From Octopus vulgaris (lineage: Eukaryota), in the NCBI GenBank assembly GCA_951406725.2, contig OX597814.1, positions 155,124,001 to 155,188,000 on the forward strand: a DNA stretch of 64,000 nt, written 5' to 3'. Below are positions 40,742-55,827 of this stretch, in pieces. Position 1 is the first letter of the stretch. Each line of letters opens with the position of its first letter. The position numbers were made by a program, and so were the translations under genes. The notes beneath the pieces are model-generated. The model ran no database searches. It was not told the DNA's origin and saw nothing but the letters and a program-made list of their open reading frames with translations.

Positions 40742-41721
40742 TTGTGCCTGCGTATACACATATATATGTGTTTATGTATTTATACACGAACATATTCGTC
40801 CAGTGCAATTTAAATCTTAAATTACCAGCATTTATAACCCCTTGTGTATTTCTGTTCGTGTATTGCAATTGTATCCTGTTGCAAAATCCGGATTTTGAGT
40901 GATACATAGAATGTGTGCAGGAAAACAATAGAAAATGTGATATCGTTTATAAGATATTTAGTTACGTCATCTTACTTACGTTTCCTTAACACAGTGATTT
41001 GTTTGTTATATAAATGCAACTAACAAAATCAAAACTTATTTTGAAATCATCAGAAAACTGTAAATTTTATACGTTACTTTAGGGAATTGAAAAGATAACA
41101 ATTCACGATCGTGGCGTGGCTAACTTTTTATACGTTGGTGAATTCTGCCAAACCAATGAAAGGCTCTCTCAAATAACAGACACTGCAGTCGTTATAAAGA
41201 GAAAGAAAGGATACTTTGCAATGTAGTCGGTGATATACAAAAAGACAGAATACTCACAGCTGGATAGCCTTCTATATTAGATTTATTCGATCAGACACGG
41301 ACTTAACGCTCTACTTGGTAAGGGACCAGCCAAAATTCTCGTAAATCAAATTCTAGTGCCTTCAAAAAAAGGACAACTCTATATGAAATCCAAGTCAATG
41401 ATAAATAGGCTATACTTAAGATAGCGTGTTCGCACTAGTATACAGAGACACACACATAATTTCGAAGGTAATATATAAATCTGTCACTACTCCGATTTTC
41501 TCTCATTTCTGTTTTTGCTTCGGCGACAGATTTCAGTTTTCCTTAGCTGAACGTGGACATAAGCACGAGACAATCGGAATAGCAATGGAGCTAATTATCA
41601 GCTTTGAATGAATAGATAATCTCCTATGCATATATCAGCTAGTTTTTATCCCCAATTTATGTCTCACTCACTCGGGCGACCACACACTCTCTCACTCTTT
41701 TTCTCTTCTACTTGCTGCACA

Positions 41722-41794
<73 letters not shown>

Positions 41795-42330
41795 ACACAC
41801 ACTCGCACGCACACACGCACGCACGCACACAGTCACGCATTCACAGATGCGGCACATACACCCCCACCCATGCAAGCATCAACTGTAAACTTGCTGTCAC
41901 CTATAACGAAGCTTACTCCGATGCATAAAGCACCATTCTTCACTCTTCCCTAAATTACTGGACACAAACATCATTCGCATATAACTTTGACTCTTCGTGT
42001 CGTGCCTACGCTGCTTTCCTAAACAGAGATCTTGAAATCAACCTTCATTAGGAACATGACTATTTTGTCTTATTCTACTACGCGGAAGATGCATTCAATG
42101 CTTATATAAAAATATTGATATTAGTCTACATCAGTTGTTCTCAACCATTTTTTATCTGTGGTCTCCTTTGATTCCTAATTCCTAGAGGTTAACCCTCAAA
42201 GCCATTCGGTGTTTTAAAAATTCTCCTAATTTTTTTATGATTAAATATTATTAGGATCTGTATAAAAAATAAAATTGCTAAAATATCTTGTGTATTATAG
42301 AAAAACAATTCATTGCTCATAAACTTTAAA

Positions 42331-42760
42331 TAGGCGTAGGAGTGGCTGAGTGGTAAGTAGCTTGCTTACCAACCATTGGTCTCGGGTTCAGTCCCGCTGC
42401 GTGGCACTTTGGGCAAGTGTCTTCTACTATAGCCTCGGGCCGACCAAAACCTTGTTAGTGGATTTGGTAGACGGAAACTGAAAGCAGCCTATCGTATATA
42501 TGTATATATATATATATATATATGCATGTGGGTGTATATATTTGTGTGTCTGTGTTTGTCTCCCCAACATCGCTTGACAACCGATGCTGGTGTGTTTACG
42601 TCCCCGTCACTTAGCGGTTCGGCAAAAGAGACCGATAGAATAAGTACTAGGCTTACAAAGAATAAGTCCTGGGGTCGTTTTGTTAGACTAAAGGCGGTGC
42701 TCCAGCATGGCCACAGTCAAATGACTGAAACAAGTAAAAGGGTAAAAGAGTAAAGAGTAA
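42331..42760 (+). mobile_element. SINE family A, full length
   Basis: A-box tggctgagtgg, B-box gggttcagtccc, CORE-like actttgggcaagt, 3' domain and aaagagt tail repeats. Confidence 0.92.
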
Positions 42761-44043
42761 GCCTTATATAAAATCTCAAGTGCTATATGTACCCCGGCTG
42801 AGAACTACTGGTGATCATCCTCTAGTCTTGAATAATTTGCAAATAAACTTTCAAACTTACTAAAATTGTAACACTGCACAATAATGCATGCTTTCCATTG
42901 GTGTTTCTATAAACATAACGTTGCTAAAACACCATTTTAAAGAATTGAGTTACTCTTCGGTGTTAGATGGTAAATACTCTGATTAGGTTCTGACTCTCTC
43001 CAAAGATTAAGCAAGTCACACTATGGAGTATTCCGCTGCACCGCTTCAAAACATTCGCGACTATAGCCAAAGAAGTCCCTCTGGCTGATTAAAACTAAAA
43101 CTAAAAACAAAAAGAAACAAAAAAGTACCCCAAAACAAGCGCATTCAAATATCTGACTTAGCGACAACCTACCTCCTCTTTCCGCCTATAATATCGTTAA
43201 TCAAGAGTTTCTTTATGCTCCTTTAAACCAGCTACAGACATGCCCCCTCTACCAAAAATCCATTCCAGACACCGGACTCGCATGTCACGGCACTAACCGC
43301 TATGTCCAATCCTTCCACCACATAACATCAGTTTTCTGGAATTTCCTCCCCGGCTACGGTCTTCCTGCAGTCATCGGCATTAAAATGTTCAAACCGAACA
43401 TCAACTGTATCAATTTCGCAAATCTCGGAGGGCTTGAGAAACATTTGGCTATTGCGTCGTATTCCTCACTAAAATGCAAATATGTATGCATGTATGTATG
43501 TATGTATGTATGTATGTATGTATGTATGTATGTATGTATGTATGTATGAATGTATGTATGAATGTATGTATGTATGTATGTATGTATGCATGTATGTATG
43601 CATGCATGCATGCGTTTATGTATACATGCATGTGTGTATGTATATGTATGTATTGATGTGTCTATGTTTATATGTATATAAATATGCACACATGTATTTA
43701 TGTATTTATATCCGTATACTTCTGTTTATTAAGTGTATAATCATGCATGTATATTTATGTACTATACATATGTGTGTGTGAGTGTGTGAGTGTGTGTGTT
43801 TGTGTGTGTGTGTATATATATAACATTAATATATATATATATATATGTATGCGTATGTATATGTTTATATAAATATATGTATGTGTGTGTGTGTGCGTGC
43901 GTGTGTGTGTGTGTATATACAACGTATTCAGAAACTTTCGTCCGATTCTTATTTTGAAAACTTGTAGATTTTTCAATTAATTTTATTGTAGAGAACAATA
44001 ATGAGTAATAGCTACAAATGAAGCAATGATACAACAATGATAA

Positions 44044-44405
44044 CTACGAATGATTTATGCGGACCATTGATTGGACTAGCTTCCATTGCTCAACCTTTTC
44101 ATTAGATGTTGCAGATCTGGGTGTGTTGTTTACATCATAGCCCTTTATTTCGAACTTGTTGATGAGTGACTTGATGTTTCTGCCCTGAACCGCATGAATG
44201 TAAAATTTTTCACTGAGGCGACGACTTGCATCAGCTGCATTTGAACCACAATGATAATAATATCGGACAACAGCAATTCGTTGATTCCGATTCAGTCTAA
44301 AAGTCATCTTCCTCGAAGCTTCGAAGACACCCTGCAATAATACAATAATAACACAATACAAAGTAAAATAAAATCAAAATCGGGCGAAACTTTCTGGATA
44401 CCCTG
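44044..44405 (-). mobile_element. 5' end of a Tc1/mariner-superfamily element (TIR plus N-terminal HTH)
   Basis: TA-cagggtatccagaaagtttcg terminus; [18 protein letters not shown]...IKSLINKFEIKG resembles the DUF4817-type HTH. Confidence 0.75.
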
Positions 44406-44443
44406 TATATATGTGTGTATGATGTGTGTGTGTGCGTGTTGAG

Positions 44444-44500
<57 letters not shown>

Positions 44501-44538
44501 TGGCTAAACTGGCAAAATGACCATTCCGAAATATAGCA

Positions 44539-44595
<57 letters not shown>

Positions 44596-44805
44596 TATAT
44601 TTGCATGCGTATACATATGCTTGTATATATTTTTTTATTCGTGTACTTGTTTCAATCATTTGACTGAGGCCATGCTGGAAGAGTCTCTTAAGATATGGAA
44701 ATTTTGTATTTATGTATGATGTATGCCTCTATTTATATGTGTGTATATAAATGCATACACTCACACACACACACACATATACATATATGCATATGTATAT
44801 ATATG

Positions 44806-44875
<70 letters not shown>

Positions 44876-45531
44876 CGTGTGCGTGTGCAAGCTGCTGGCT
44901 TCACGCACGCGAAATTTTCTTCAGTCAAACTGGGATAGATGCCATATAGACGGTAGGGAAATCTTAGTCTTCGAATGAAAACCAGATATATTCAAGGTGT
45001 TGTTTTAACCAATTACTCAAAAGTCATTCTGATGCATATATCATTCCAATGCATAAATATATACGCGTTTGTGTACACATATGCAAACAGTATCGACCAG
45101 CATATTCGACTAACACTGCGCGCATGTATGCCTGTAGGCTGTGACTAGAGTGGTGGAGATGACTCCCTCAAAGCACCAAGTGTTAAAATGCCTGAAAGAG
45201 AAACTTGCCCCAAATCCCATTCAGGAGCGACGGGCATCGATGTTTCACCAATCTTGTGGGTTATAATAATCTCGCACCCGAATTGAATTAGAGGCGAACT
45301 GAACCGCTCTAAAACCCAAATCCGGTTCGAGGATGTGGTGCTCGAGTCCGGATTCGAGTACGTGATGCTGATAAGCAACAAATTCCAAATCCAGTTCGGG
45401 TACTTGATATTCCGGTCGATATTTTTTTACAACACTAAGGCTGCTTCTAATTCCTAATGTAACCACATGTGGATCGTTTGGCGATTTTTTTCCTCCGTCT
45501 TCCTTTTCTCTTGGACTTTCCTTTGTCTCCT

Positions 45532-45566
45532 CTTTCTAAAGAAGAGCTTTGCTCGAAACATTAAAC
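45532..45566 (+). ncRNA. Hammerhead-like motif (family H1), decayed
   Basis: cttt-CTAAAGA-a-gagc(ttt)gctc-GAAAC-ATT-aaac. Confidence 0.5.
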
Positions 45567-45662
45567 CACCTTTCTTTCCTTCCTAGAGCGTCTGCTAATA
45601 CTTTGCATGTACCACCTCCTCACGTTGTTGTTTTTTTATTGCTTTTCTACGTTTTTCTGGGG

Positions 45663-45753
<91 letters not shown>

Positions 45754-46763
45754 TAAAATGTATGCGGGTTTAGCTGATCTAAACGATTAGGTAAGATAGG
45801 TAAGTGTTATATCGGATTACTAGGGCTTCAGCCGAGACAGTTGTTATGGAGCGATTGCAGATTTACGATGCAGCAGATATATAACTGTTAAAGAAGACAA
45901 CAAACGTCAAGGCAAGGCAAACATCTCAAGTCGTATACATTATTATTATGGGATATTCCGTCATCAGAGACAAATAGGGAAAAATAGGGAAAATGAGAAT
46001 GGTATATATTAATGAAACCACGACATAGATGAAAGAAGTAAAGGAATAAAAAGATGAAGAGAGGGAAGAAAAAGAAGCATACTGTTGGAAAAAAAAGAAA
46101 AAATCATTATTTTTATGTTCAATTTTCACATGAAAGGCAAGGGAGACAACCCTGAAATTTAAATTGATTAAAATTCATGAAGAGGTGAAACCCTTTTTTT
46201 TTTTTTTATCAGTGAGTGATAACTCTGGATAGATTTCGCTAATATAAAACTTCATTAGCGGAATATAGTCTAAACATAATTGTAATTTCCTACGATATGA
46301 AACAGGATCATATGATTTTAGCAAATGAACATGAAGTAAACATGATGGCTTTGTAAAAAGACCGAGGAGAAATACTCAGTTTAGGGAGAGCTGGGTATTT
46401 TTACTTGGCTTATTCTCTATCCTTGTAAAACGCACAGGATGTAACAAAAGGCTTAACCAATGCTTTCAATGTCTATAATGTTTCCGTTCGTACGCTGGAA
46501 GTCGCAGTCTAAGACATTCAGTTGCTACGAATTAAAAAAAAAAGGTAATTAGAGAAGATTATTCTAAGACTAATGCCTTTAGCTATTAGATTGACACGTT
46601 TGCAGATTTAAAATAATTGGTCTGTTAGTCAACAGCAAAGAAAAAAATATTTAGAAAAAATATTATTACGCAAATATACTCACACAAAAACACATAAAAG
46701 AATAAAAATATTTAGGCACCATGCATACAAACGTATAAATACATACATATACATACACACACA

Positions 46764-46809
<46 letters not shown>

Positions 46810-46908
46810 CACACACACATATAAATATACATATATATCCATATATATATATATACATATATGCATATATATGTATGCGTATATATATATACATATATAT
46901 ATATGTAT

Positions 46909-46968
<60 letters not shown>

Positions 46969-47516
46969 TTGCATCCAGCAACTCGTGTGTGTGTGTGTGT
47001 GTCTGTGTCTGTGTGAGACGAATATGGATTCAGCAAAATACTCGTACACAGTTATTCGTTCAATATTTTGTTGTATCAGGATTTATGAAGAAAGTGTGGT
47101 GGTGATGGTGCTGGTACTGGTGTCTCGATTTGCTGAACAGCCTGTTCGATGAATATTATTATAGTAGTGGACCTAGTTTGTGTAGAGCTTCTGCCACTCT
47201 TTCGTCCTTCAGACTTGTATTGGCTTAGTACAACAATTACCGCGAGCCCGATATTTAATGAACTGTTGGTTTTGTATGAAGTTACCTTCTCTTAGATGAA
47301 CAACTAAAGAGGTCTTATCTCCTGAGGTGTTTATTAGTGACATTCTGGAGGCAACTTCATGACATACTGGGATTTTTATTGGGACCCTATTAGGTGCTTC
47401 TATTCCCGGGTCAGAATAGACCTGGGAACAATAATGGTTAAGAGGTGGTACGACACTCCTCAAATTCTTAAATTTCCGAACCAGGGCCTCACTACCCATG
47501 ATATATACACACACAT

Positions 47517-48230
47517 AAGGCGGCGAGCTAGCAGAAACGTTAGCGCGCCGGGCGAAATGCTTAGCGGTATTTCGTCTATCGTTACGTTCTGAGTTCAAAT
47601 TCCGCCAAGGTTGACTTTACCTTTCATCCTTTCGGGGTCGATAAATAAAGTACCAGTTTCGCACTGAGGTCGATGTAATCGACTTAATCCCTTTGTCTGT
47701 CCTTGTTTGTCCCCTCTATGTTTAGCCTCTTGTGGGTAGTAAAGAAATATGTATACACACACATGATACACATATATACAAGAATATATTTATTTATTCA
47801 CAAGAACTCATATTTATATATAAATACAAGGCAGCGAACTGGCAGAATCGTAAGTACGTTGGGGAAAATGCTTGGCGGCATTTCCTCCGTCTTTACGTTC
47901 TGTGTTCATCATTTCGTACCAGTTGAACACTGATGATCGATGTAACCGACTTACTCCCTGCCCCTAAATTTCTGTCCCTGGGCAAACATTTGAAATTAAT
48001 ATTAGAGTATGCTTAAGGCGGCGAGCTGGCAAAATAATTAGCACGCCGGACAAAATGGCTAGTGGCATTTCATCCGTTTTCACATTCTGAATTTCCTTTC
48101 TGCCATGGCTAACTTCGCTTTTCATCCTTTCGAGATCGATGAAATAAATACCGCTTCATCACCGGTGTTGAGGTGATCAACTTACTCCCTCTCCGAAGTT
48201 GCTGGCCTTGTGCCAAAATTTGAAATCAAT
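47517..48230 (+). mobile_element. Cluster of three family B SINEs
   Basis: aaggcggcgagct-type heads near 47517, 47828 and 48015. Confidence 0.88.
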
Positions 48231-48414
48231 ATTTATATATAAATACTTTGACATATATACACACTGTTCACTTTAAATTCGTGCATCATGGTCAGTATGG
48301 CAAATAAATATTCTTCAGAGCAACGAAATCACTGTCAATCTTTACAGCGTTTGCAGTCGATCAGAGTCTATTTCCAGGTTATTTCGAATAGATTGATTAA
48401 TAATTTAGGATAAA

Positions 48415-48655
48415 GATCCTTTCCGAGTCATACAGACGCATAGGACCGGTTTCCCGGTTTCTGTGTCGTGTATATTCTCCATCAGGGCAATTCGCCTGTC
48501 CGTCGCAGAAATACTCAGTTCTGCCAGCTGAGTTAACTGGAGCAACGTGAAATTAAATAGTTTGCTCCAGAACACAACGCATCGCCTGGTCCAGGAATCG
48601 AAACCACAATCTTACGATCATGATTTCAACACCTTAACCACCAAGTCATGCGCAT
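48415..48655 (-). mobile_element. SINE family C
   Basis: ccagctgagttaactggagcaacgtgaaat...ggaatcgaaacc (B box on the minus strand). Confidence 0.8.
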
Positions 48656-50509
48656 TCAGGATTAATAATTTACGAGATAATAATTTGTGTTAACTAATTA
48701 AAATCACGAATATTGCTTTATACGATTTTTATCGTATCCTTCATTTCTCCAATATTGATCAAATATCTTCTATAAGACAAATACAAATCATGACCTCAGA
48801 TACATATAAGCCTACATATAAAAAGACACGCACGAACACATACACGCACATACACACATGCACACACACATGCATACGGGGCTGAAGATATTTGCTTGTA
48901 TTCTACAAGGATCAAGTAAAACCACAATGGAACTCTGACACCCTGCGTCACATCCAGTGAAAGGCAACTCGACTAACTAGCATCAAATCTTTAACACCGG
49001 AGCTCCAACCTCTGACCCACATGCGTGTTGCTACTTCTCTTTGGCATTTCTATCGTTTTTATAATGGTCTACAGTTGTCAGAGATAGAATATCCTATACC
49101 TGCTCCTTTCGAGCACGCTGGACCGACCCACTCAGCGCCCCCGCCCATTCTCCTCTTCAGCTCTGTACAGCCTCTTCCCTCGGCCTCCCACAAACCACTA
49201 TACCTAGTTCTTTCACAGAACATCATCTCACTAGAAAATTGCTGCTCATGCCTTATCCCCATCCCCTGATGTTGAGCTGCAATAATAGCTTCTGTTGTCT
49301 TTTTCAATTAAAAGAAAATTAACGCATTTAGGATACCAAGTCACTGTTCTCGGAGGATTTTCAAAGATCAGCGAAACGAGCCCTTCCTCCTGATTGAGTC
49401 ATATGTACGCATGCACATATATATATATATATTATATCTGCGTGCGCACACATACACACAGACACACACATACACGCACGTCACACACACACAAATACAC
49501 ACACAGAAATATATATGAAGTCAGATGGAAAAACAATCATAGGTGTAAGGAATACATCAGCATGAGTTACATAATTTTTACATGATATAATCATATCTTT
49601 ACCACGTCGTTACAACTGTTTCAATATATAATGTAAATAGTTGATCTCATTAAGTATTAATATGCATAACAATTAAATGAAAACATTACAAGACAATGTT
49701 ACTCTTGTCCTACCAAACCTGGCCTTGGAATTAGAAGTAAAAATATATTAGATTGAACCATACTGCAAGTTAAGGATAAATTACACCTTAAACTTTGGAG
49801 TAATGTAGAAAAGGTGGTTATTTAGTTGTATACTTTCCGAAATAATTGTAATACTTCCTTTCTGCAAATTGACATAACTAACTACTACACATCTGTATCT
49901 CCTATTCTGTTAAATTATGCTCTAATTTTTTTGCCAGGAAATTAGCTCTTCTGTATCATATGGACATCTATATTATATTAACGGCGAGGGAAAAAAATGC
50001 TCATCACGTTCAATAATAAAGTCAAATCTAGAAATTCTACCACAGTCCAATCTAATTTGTAAAGATATTTTCGAATTTCATGCAAATTACAAATTTCGTA
50101 GGCCTTTTTCTATTACATCGAATAAAATATATTTTCAGCTTCATATTAATTATTTTTAGAGCGGCAGAATATGAATGAAGCCTTCTGGGCTAATGTGAAG
50201 CTAAGCTTGCATTCTCCGATGGAGAAGTTAATTTCATATTTGAAACTGTAGAGATAATCATGATATCTGCAAGATATTCTCAAAATGTCAGTGGGAAATA
50301 AGTAGCAAAGGATGAGGAGGAGAACAAAAAGTGCCTTTTCAGAAATAACTTTATTTGTAACCACTCAGCAAATAGGTTGCCAGAAATAAAATTTGAAGCT
50401 CTAATCCACAGTATATGTACCATATATAGAGAGATGCATTACATACATATTTTGAGAATATCTTGCAGATTTTTTATTGTTCCAGATATCATGATTACTT
50501 CTATCCAAC

Positions 50510-51580
50510 ATTTGTGTCTCTGAAAAGTTACTACAATGAATCAAGTGTTTCCGGACAGACAAAACGCAACACCTTGTAGTCGAAGGAGTAAAATCAAGCC
50601 CAGCCAAGGTTAATAGTGGTGTTCCACAAGGCACTGTGTTGGACTCACTTCTTTTCATCGTCTACATTGATGACATTACTGACATCATCAAGCACAGCAA
50701 CATAAAAGTATTTGCAAATGATTCCAAGCTCGATAAGGTCATCAAGAAAGCGGGTGACCGGACATACCTTCAATCATACCTACTGGCTGTCATCCATTGG
50801 GCGGGAAAAAAAACAATATGCTACTGACCGATGATAAATTTGAGTTAATCCACTTCAGAAAAGCGGATATCCTGAAACTCCCAAACTCCCATACTTCAGG
50901 TGAAACTCTCATGGCATCCAACAACATCAGAGACTTGAAGGTAATAGTGGACAACAGCACAAACTAAGCCGCTCCTATAAACAGCAAAGTTGACATGGCC
51001 TGTAGAATGTGTTGCTGAATTCTCAGAACGCTCCAGTCAAGAGATATCCACACCATTATCCTTCTGTTCTCCACTTTTGCCAGACCCACCTTGAATACTG
51101 TTGCCCACTATTGTCTCCCCACCTGAAACAAAGTAACCATGAAAGTTGAAGCACTTCAGAGGTCATTTAAAAACAAAAAAAAGAGAGATGACATGACAGT
51201 CCTTGACTATTGGGGTCGACTAGAAAATCTCAAGCTTTATTCTCTCCAATGTCGTCGTGAGCGCAACATCATCTGCATAAAGGGGAAAATATTCCATCAG
51301 CATTGCTCAAATGATATTGGCATCACCTTTGAGATACGCTCAAGTCTTGGGCCCCGTGCTATCCGCTCACAACATAAATCACACTCGCATCTCATAACAA
51401 CAATACGGCACAATTATTTCGCCTCAATATTTAATATTACACCAAAATACATTAAAACAGACGCAGACCCCATAAAATTCATGAAATCTTTGGAGAAATT
51501 CTTTAAAAAAAAAACCAGGATAAACCTCTTACACCTGGATATGCCTCCGTACAAAATAACTCACTACTTGAATGTCCGAA
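50510..51580 (+). pseudogene. CR1/L2/Jockey-group LINE reverse transcriptase 3' fragment, frameshifted
   Basis: VNSGVPQGTVLDSLLFIVYIDD, KVFANDSKL, HLEYCCPL, LKLYSLQCRRER. Confidence 0.92.
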
Positions 51581-51693
51581 TCCTGGTTTGAATGACTTCA
51601 CCAGGTAGTGGCATTAAGTTAGGCACGGTCTGGTCCAATACTGGCCGAAACCTATCAAAGGACATATACATGTACATATATATATACACACAC

Positions 51694-51767
<74 letters not shown>

Positions 51768-51817
51768 ACATACACGTGACTCATTATAATTATTATCATT
51801 ATTATTATTATTATAAC

Positions 51818-51859
<42 letters not shown>

Positions 51860-51899
51860 GTGATGAAAACTTACAGCTCATTTTTCTGGGTATGATGGA

Positions 51900-52500
51900 A
51901 AGTGTCAGTTGTCTGCAGCCAGCAGACTAAGGTGACACAGTGTGTAGTGTGCTTCAAGAACCTTGCGAAGAATTCTTGCAGTTCCAAGCAATGCTGATTT
52001 TTGTAGGTGTTTTACTATCATGGATAATTTCCAGATGTCCTTGGCCTGGTAGTGCTGCCAGGGGGCGCTACCTGTTCGAGATAATCTCTACAGGCACGGT
52101 TGTGCTGTTAGATGGACTTGTTCAAGGTGCACGCAGAGTGACGAAACCGTTCTGCACGCACTCGTTCAGTGTCCGAGCTTGCTGACTTGTGATATCGAAC
52201 AGCTGCTTTCACGTGTGAGACGGATCCGTCTGTCAGCTGAGTCTATAGTAATGATTGTCCCAACTACCACCTTCAATCGGGCAGGCAAGGCAGTTTTCCT
52301 TTGCCAGGTGGCTGCGGCGAAAGAGGTTGTTTGGTGGACAAGGCTGAACGGCATGAGGACAGATACATTCCTCTTTGGTAGAGCTCTCATTGACTTCTTC
52401 AAGTTTCACCTGAAAGAGAATTGAAAGTAGAGAAGCAAGTACTGTCCTCGAGTGAGTTTATTGAAAAATGGGTGAAAGTTGCGAAAATGGCAAGAGTGGA
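51900..52500 (+). pseudogene. L1/Tx1-clade LINE C-terminal zinc-finger region
   Basis: GALPVRDNLYRHG...CSRCTQSDETVLHALVQCP...AKEVVWWTR. Confidence 0.8.
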
Positions 52501-52758
52501 TGGTACTTCTCTCAGTATAGACCTGTAAGTGGGAGAGATGGCTCTTGCTCTTGGTGATCAGGGAAACCTCGGACATTGGAGAATAAAATGATATTCTCGC
52601 GCACGTGGTCACACAGACGCGCGTGGACACATTCACAGACAGACAGAGACACGCGCGCGCACGCACGCATGTAAAAAAGCAAATACGCACGCATACATAA
52701 TAACGATGAGACTTCGTTAAAAAGCTAGTCGTTTACGACTATTAATTGTATTTATTAA

Positions 52759-53363
52759 AGTGCAATTAACATAAAGTATAATTACTCGAAGCAGTGATGT
52801 GTATAAATGCAATTTTATTACCAGTTTGAATATGCCAGTGTCACGTTCGGATTCGTTAACAAACCATTCAATGTGTTTTGTCATGGAGAAAAATGGTATA
52901 AATACAAGTAAATCAGCTCGCAGCACCACCTATCCGGACTGTGAGATGCAAGCATTTTGGAGTGGTTATCTCCTCTTCAGTCACACAAACTGGACGGTGG
53001 CACTGCTATCTGATAAGAGAGACAGTCTCTTATGTTATTCCAATCAACATATTTCGGCTGGTAGCGCAAATCGACGGCTTGTAAATATATTACGGGGTCG
53101 TCTATAAGAGAAATTGTCCTTCTTGTCAGCTTGCAGCGCCACTGTCCGGTTTCTGTGATTGAAGCAGAGATAATCACTCCGAAATGCTTGTATTTCAGTC
53201 TGGATATGTGACGCTGCGTGCTGATTTGAGTGTATTTACATCGTTTGTCTTAAACGAAAAATTTTCTCCATTACAAAACACAGTAAATGGCTTGTTTACA
53301 AGTTCGAACGTGCTTTTAGCATATTTGAAATGATAATAACATTGCATAAAATTTAATGTTCCC
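52759..53363. mobile_element. Palindromic MITE flanked by TTAA (Kolobok-like termini)
   Basis: About 52800-53035 is the diverged reverse complement of about 53100-53350; TTAA-AG...CC-TTAA ends. Confidence 0.75.
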
Positions 53364-53750
53364 TTAAACTTGTCGCATTATCTTGCAATACCTCATTACG
53401 TCAAAAAGCAACTGTGCTAAGATGATGGTAATATATTTATCGAAGAGGCTGGCAAGAACGTCTGAGTTATGCAAATCAGTGTAACCGATTTAATAAAAAA
53501 TTTTAAATCGGCGTGTATACATACAATATCACCATGGAGCATTACAGAAGTGAATGTAAAGTATATAGCCTTAATCTTCAACCATCCCCAAACATACACA
53601 CACACACATGCACACAACAACACACACCACACATATTTACACAACCTCACGTAGGTGTATATAAATATATAAACTTGTCTAAATGATTACATTATATGTG
53701 GTTATATATATAAGATAAACTTACTTGGAAATGGATGCGTGGCGTTCAAT

Positions 53751-53828
<78 letters not shown>

Positions 53829-54418
53829 TATATGTTGCAGAACGTCACAAAACGTAAACAACATGAAATACGAAAACGACATGGATTACGAAATACGGAA
53901 GGCAAACCTGGGTATGCGAACAACGAGAGAAACAAATGGAAAACAAGACAAATAACACGAAGAACGACACTTCATCAGTTGTCAGCTGTTTATTTACTTC
54001 ACATTTCGAGCAATTCACTACAATATGTCTTCGAAAAACTGTTGCTCCCGCGGTATGGATATATGCACATACATATATATATATATGAATATATATATAT
54101 AGGTGAGAAAGTTGGTGTGTGAAAGCACGTGGTTGAATATATAGAAAATAGTAAAAAGTGAAAAAACTACAGAAGGCTTGTTTTAAAAGGTTAAAAAATA
54201 TATTTGAGTCATTATGTCAGAAGAATGTTGTAAAATTTTTTCATACATTGACATTTTTGAAGAAATTACCGGTTTCGTGTTAACTTTTCAAATTTCTCAA
54301 AATATCGTGTTATGTCTTCGTTATGAAGTGTAAAGAAGAGTTCCAGGTAAGGGGAGGTAATAAGTGATTTCTTCCGGTGTAAGGGGGGTAATCGCTTTAT
54401 ATTTCTTGTCCCTTTTAT

Positions 54419-54924
54419 TTAATGGGGTGAGTTTCTCTGTATAAGAATGTTAGAGTAGTTAAGTTTGGGCTTATATTTTTCAATGAAGAATGTTTCCTTG
54501 TTTAGTCTAATTTGTGTTGGTGTTCCAATAGTACATTGATAAAATGGAAAGATTAAAAATTGTGGTAGTAGTTGCTTTGCGCATTTCTCAATATGCTTAC
54601 TAAAGGGTATCATTCTGTATTCTGGGAATGCAATCTGTTGTCGATGCAGTGTGCATCTACGTCTGAGTGATAGTCCAGTGGACCCCACGTAGTTTTGGTG
54701 GCAGCCCGAGCATCTTATGACATAAATTATGTTTTCAGAAGCACAAGTAAAATTAGATTTGATCTGGAATTTTTGTCCCGCTTTGAAGAGGAATTCTGAT
54801 CCTTCTAGAAGGTTTGGGCATGTTGCGCAGTTTGGTCTACCACATTTTTTTACTTTTGCATCCGTAATTTCAGAAAACAATTTTGCCTTTGTGAGAATCT
54901 TTTTAAGTGATTTAGGTTGTTTGT
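54419..54924 (-). mobile_element. Penelope-like element GIY-YIG endonuclease fragment (Neptune-like Cys-rich linker)
   Basis: Open frame KQPKSLKKIL...CGRPNCATC...CASENIIYVIRCSGCHQNYVGSTG...LRRR..LH...E..FIEKYKPKLN. Confidence 0.92.
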
Positions 54925-55414
54925 AGCTTTTACCCTATACTGTTCTCTCACTCGTCCTTTCGTTTTTCTCTCTCATCCTTTCTCTCATTCTTTTTTCTTC
55001 CCTTCACCGTTTTCTATCTGTCTTTCTCTCTCCTTCTTCCACCTTTACTCCCTCGCGTTGCTCACATGTGATCATCGTCCATCTTTCTTTTTCTCACATG
55101 ATCATTTTTCTTTTCCTTCAGTCTGTCGCACAGACCAGACGCATTCTTACCTTTTTCTTCTCGTATCTTTTCTCTTAGCAAAGAATATTCTTTCAGCGTT
55201 TGTTACCTTACCTCATCTGGCCTAACGGCACTCCCTGTATGTTTTTGTTTGGTTTACTGTATGTTTCCACTGTCCTGTTTTGTTACCAACTTTGACTCTC
55301 CGCAAATCCCGAATTTTATTTTGGTTCGTGGGAGCAACTGTTTTTCGAAGACACATATTGTCGTGAATTGCTCGTAATGTGCAGTAGCTAAACAGCCGAA
55401 AAATGATGTATATA

Positions 55415-55481
<67 letters not shown>

Positions 55482-55767
55482 GTATAGATGTAAATATATG
55501 TAAATATATGTATATATGCATATATATATATATGCATACATATAAATGCATGCATGAATGAGTGTATGTTATATATGCATATATTTATATATATGTGTGT
55601 GTTTGTGTGTGTATGTGTGTTTGTGTGTGTGTATGTATATATATGTGTGTGTGTAGGTGTGCGGCAGTGCGCACATTACATGTATAAGCCAAACAGAAAG
55701 ATGGAATCTAATCAATGATCTGAGTGAACTTGTAAAATAAGAAGTATGCCGACTTGCAGTGAAATAA

Positions 55768-55827
<60 letters not shown>

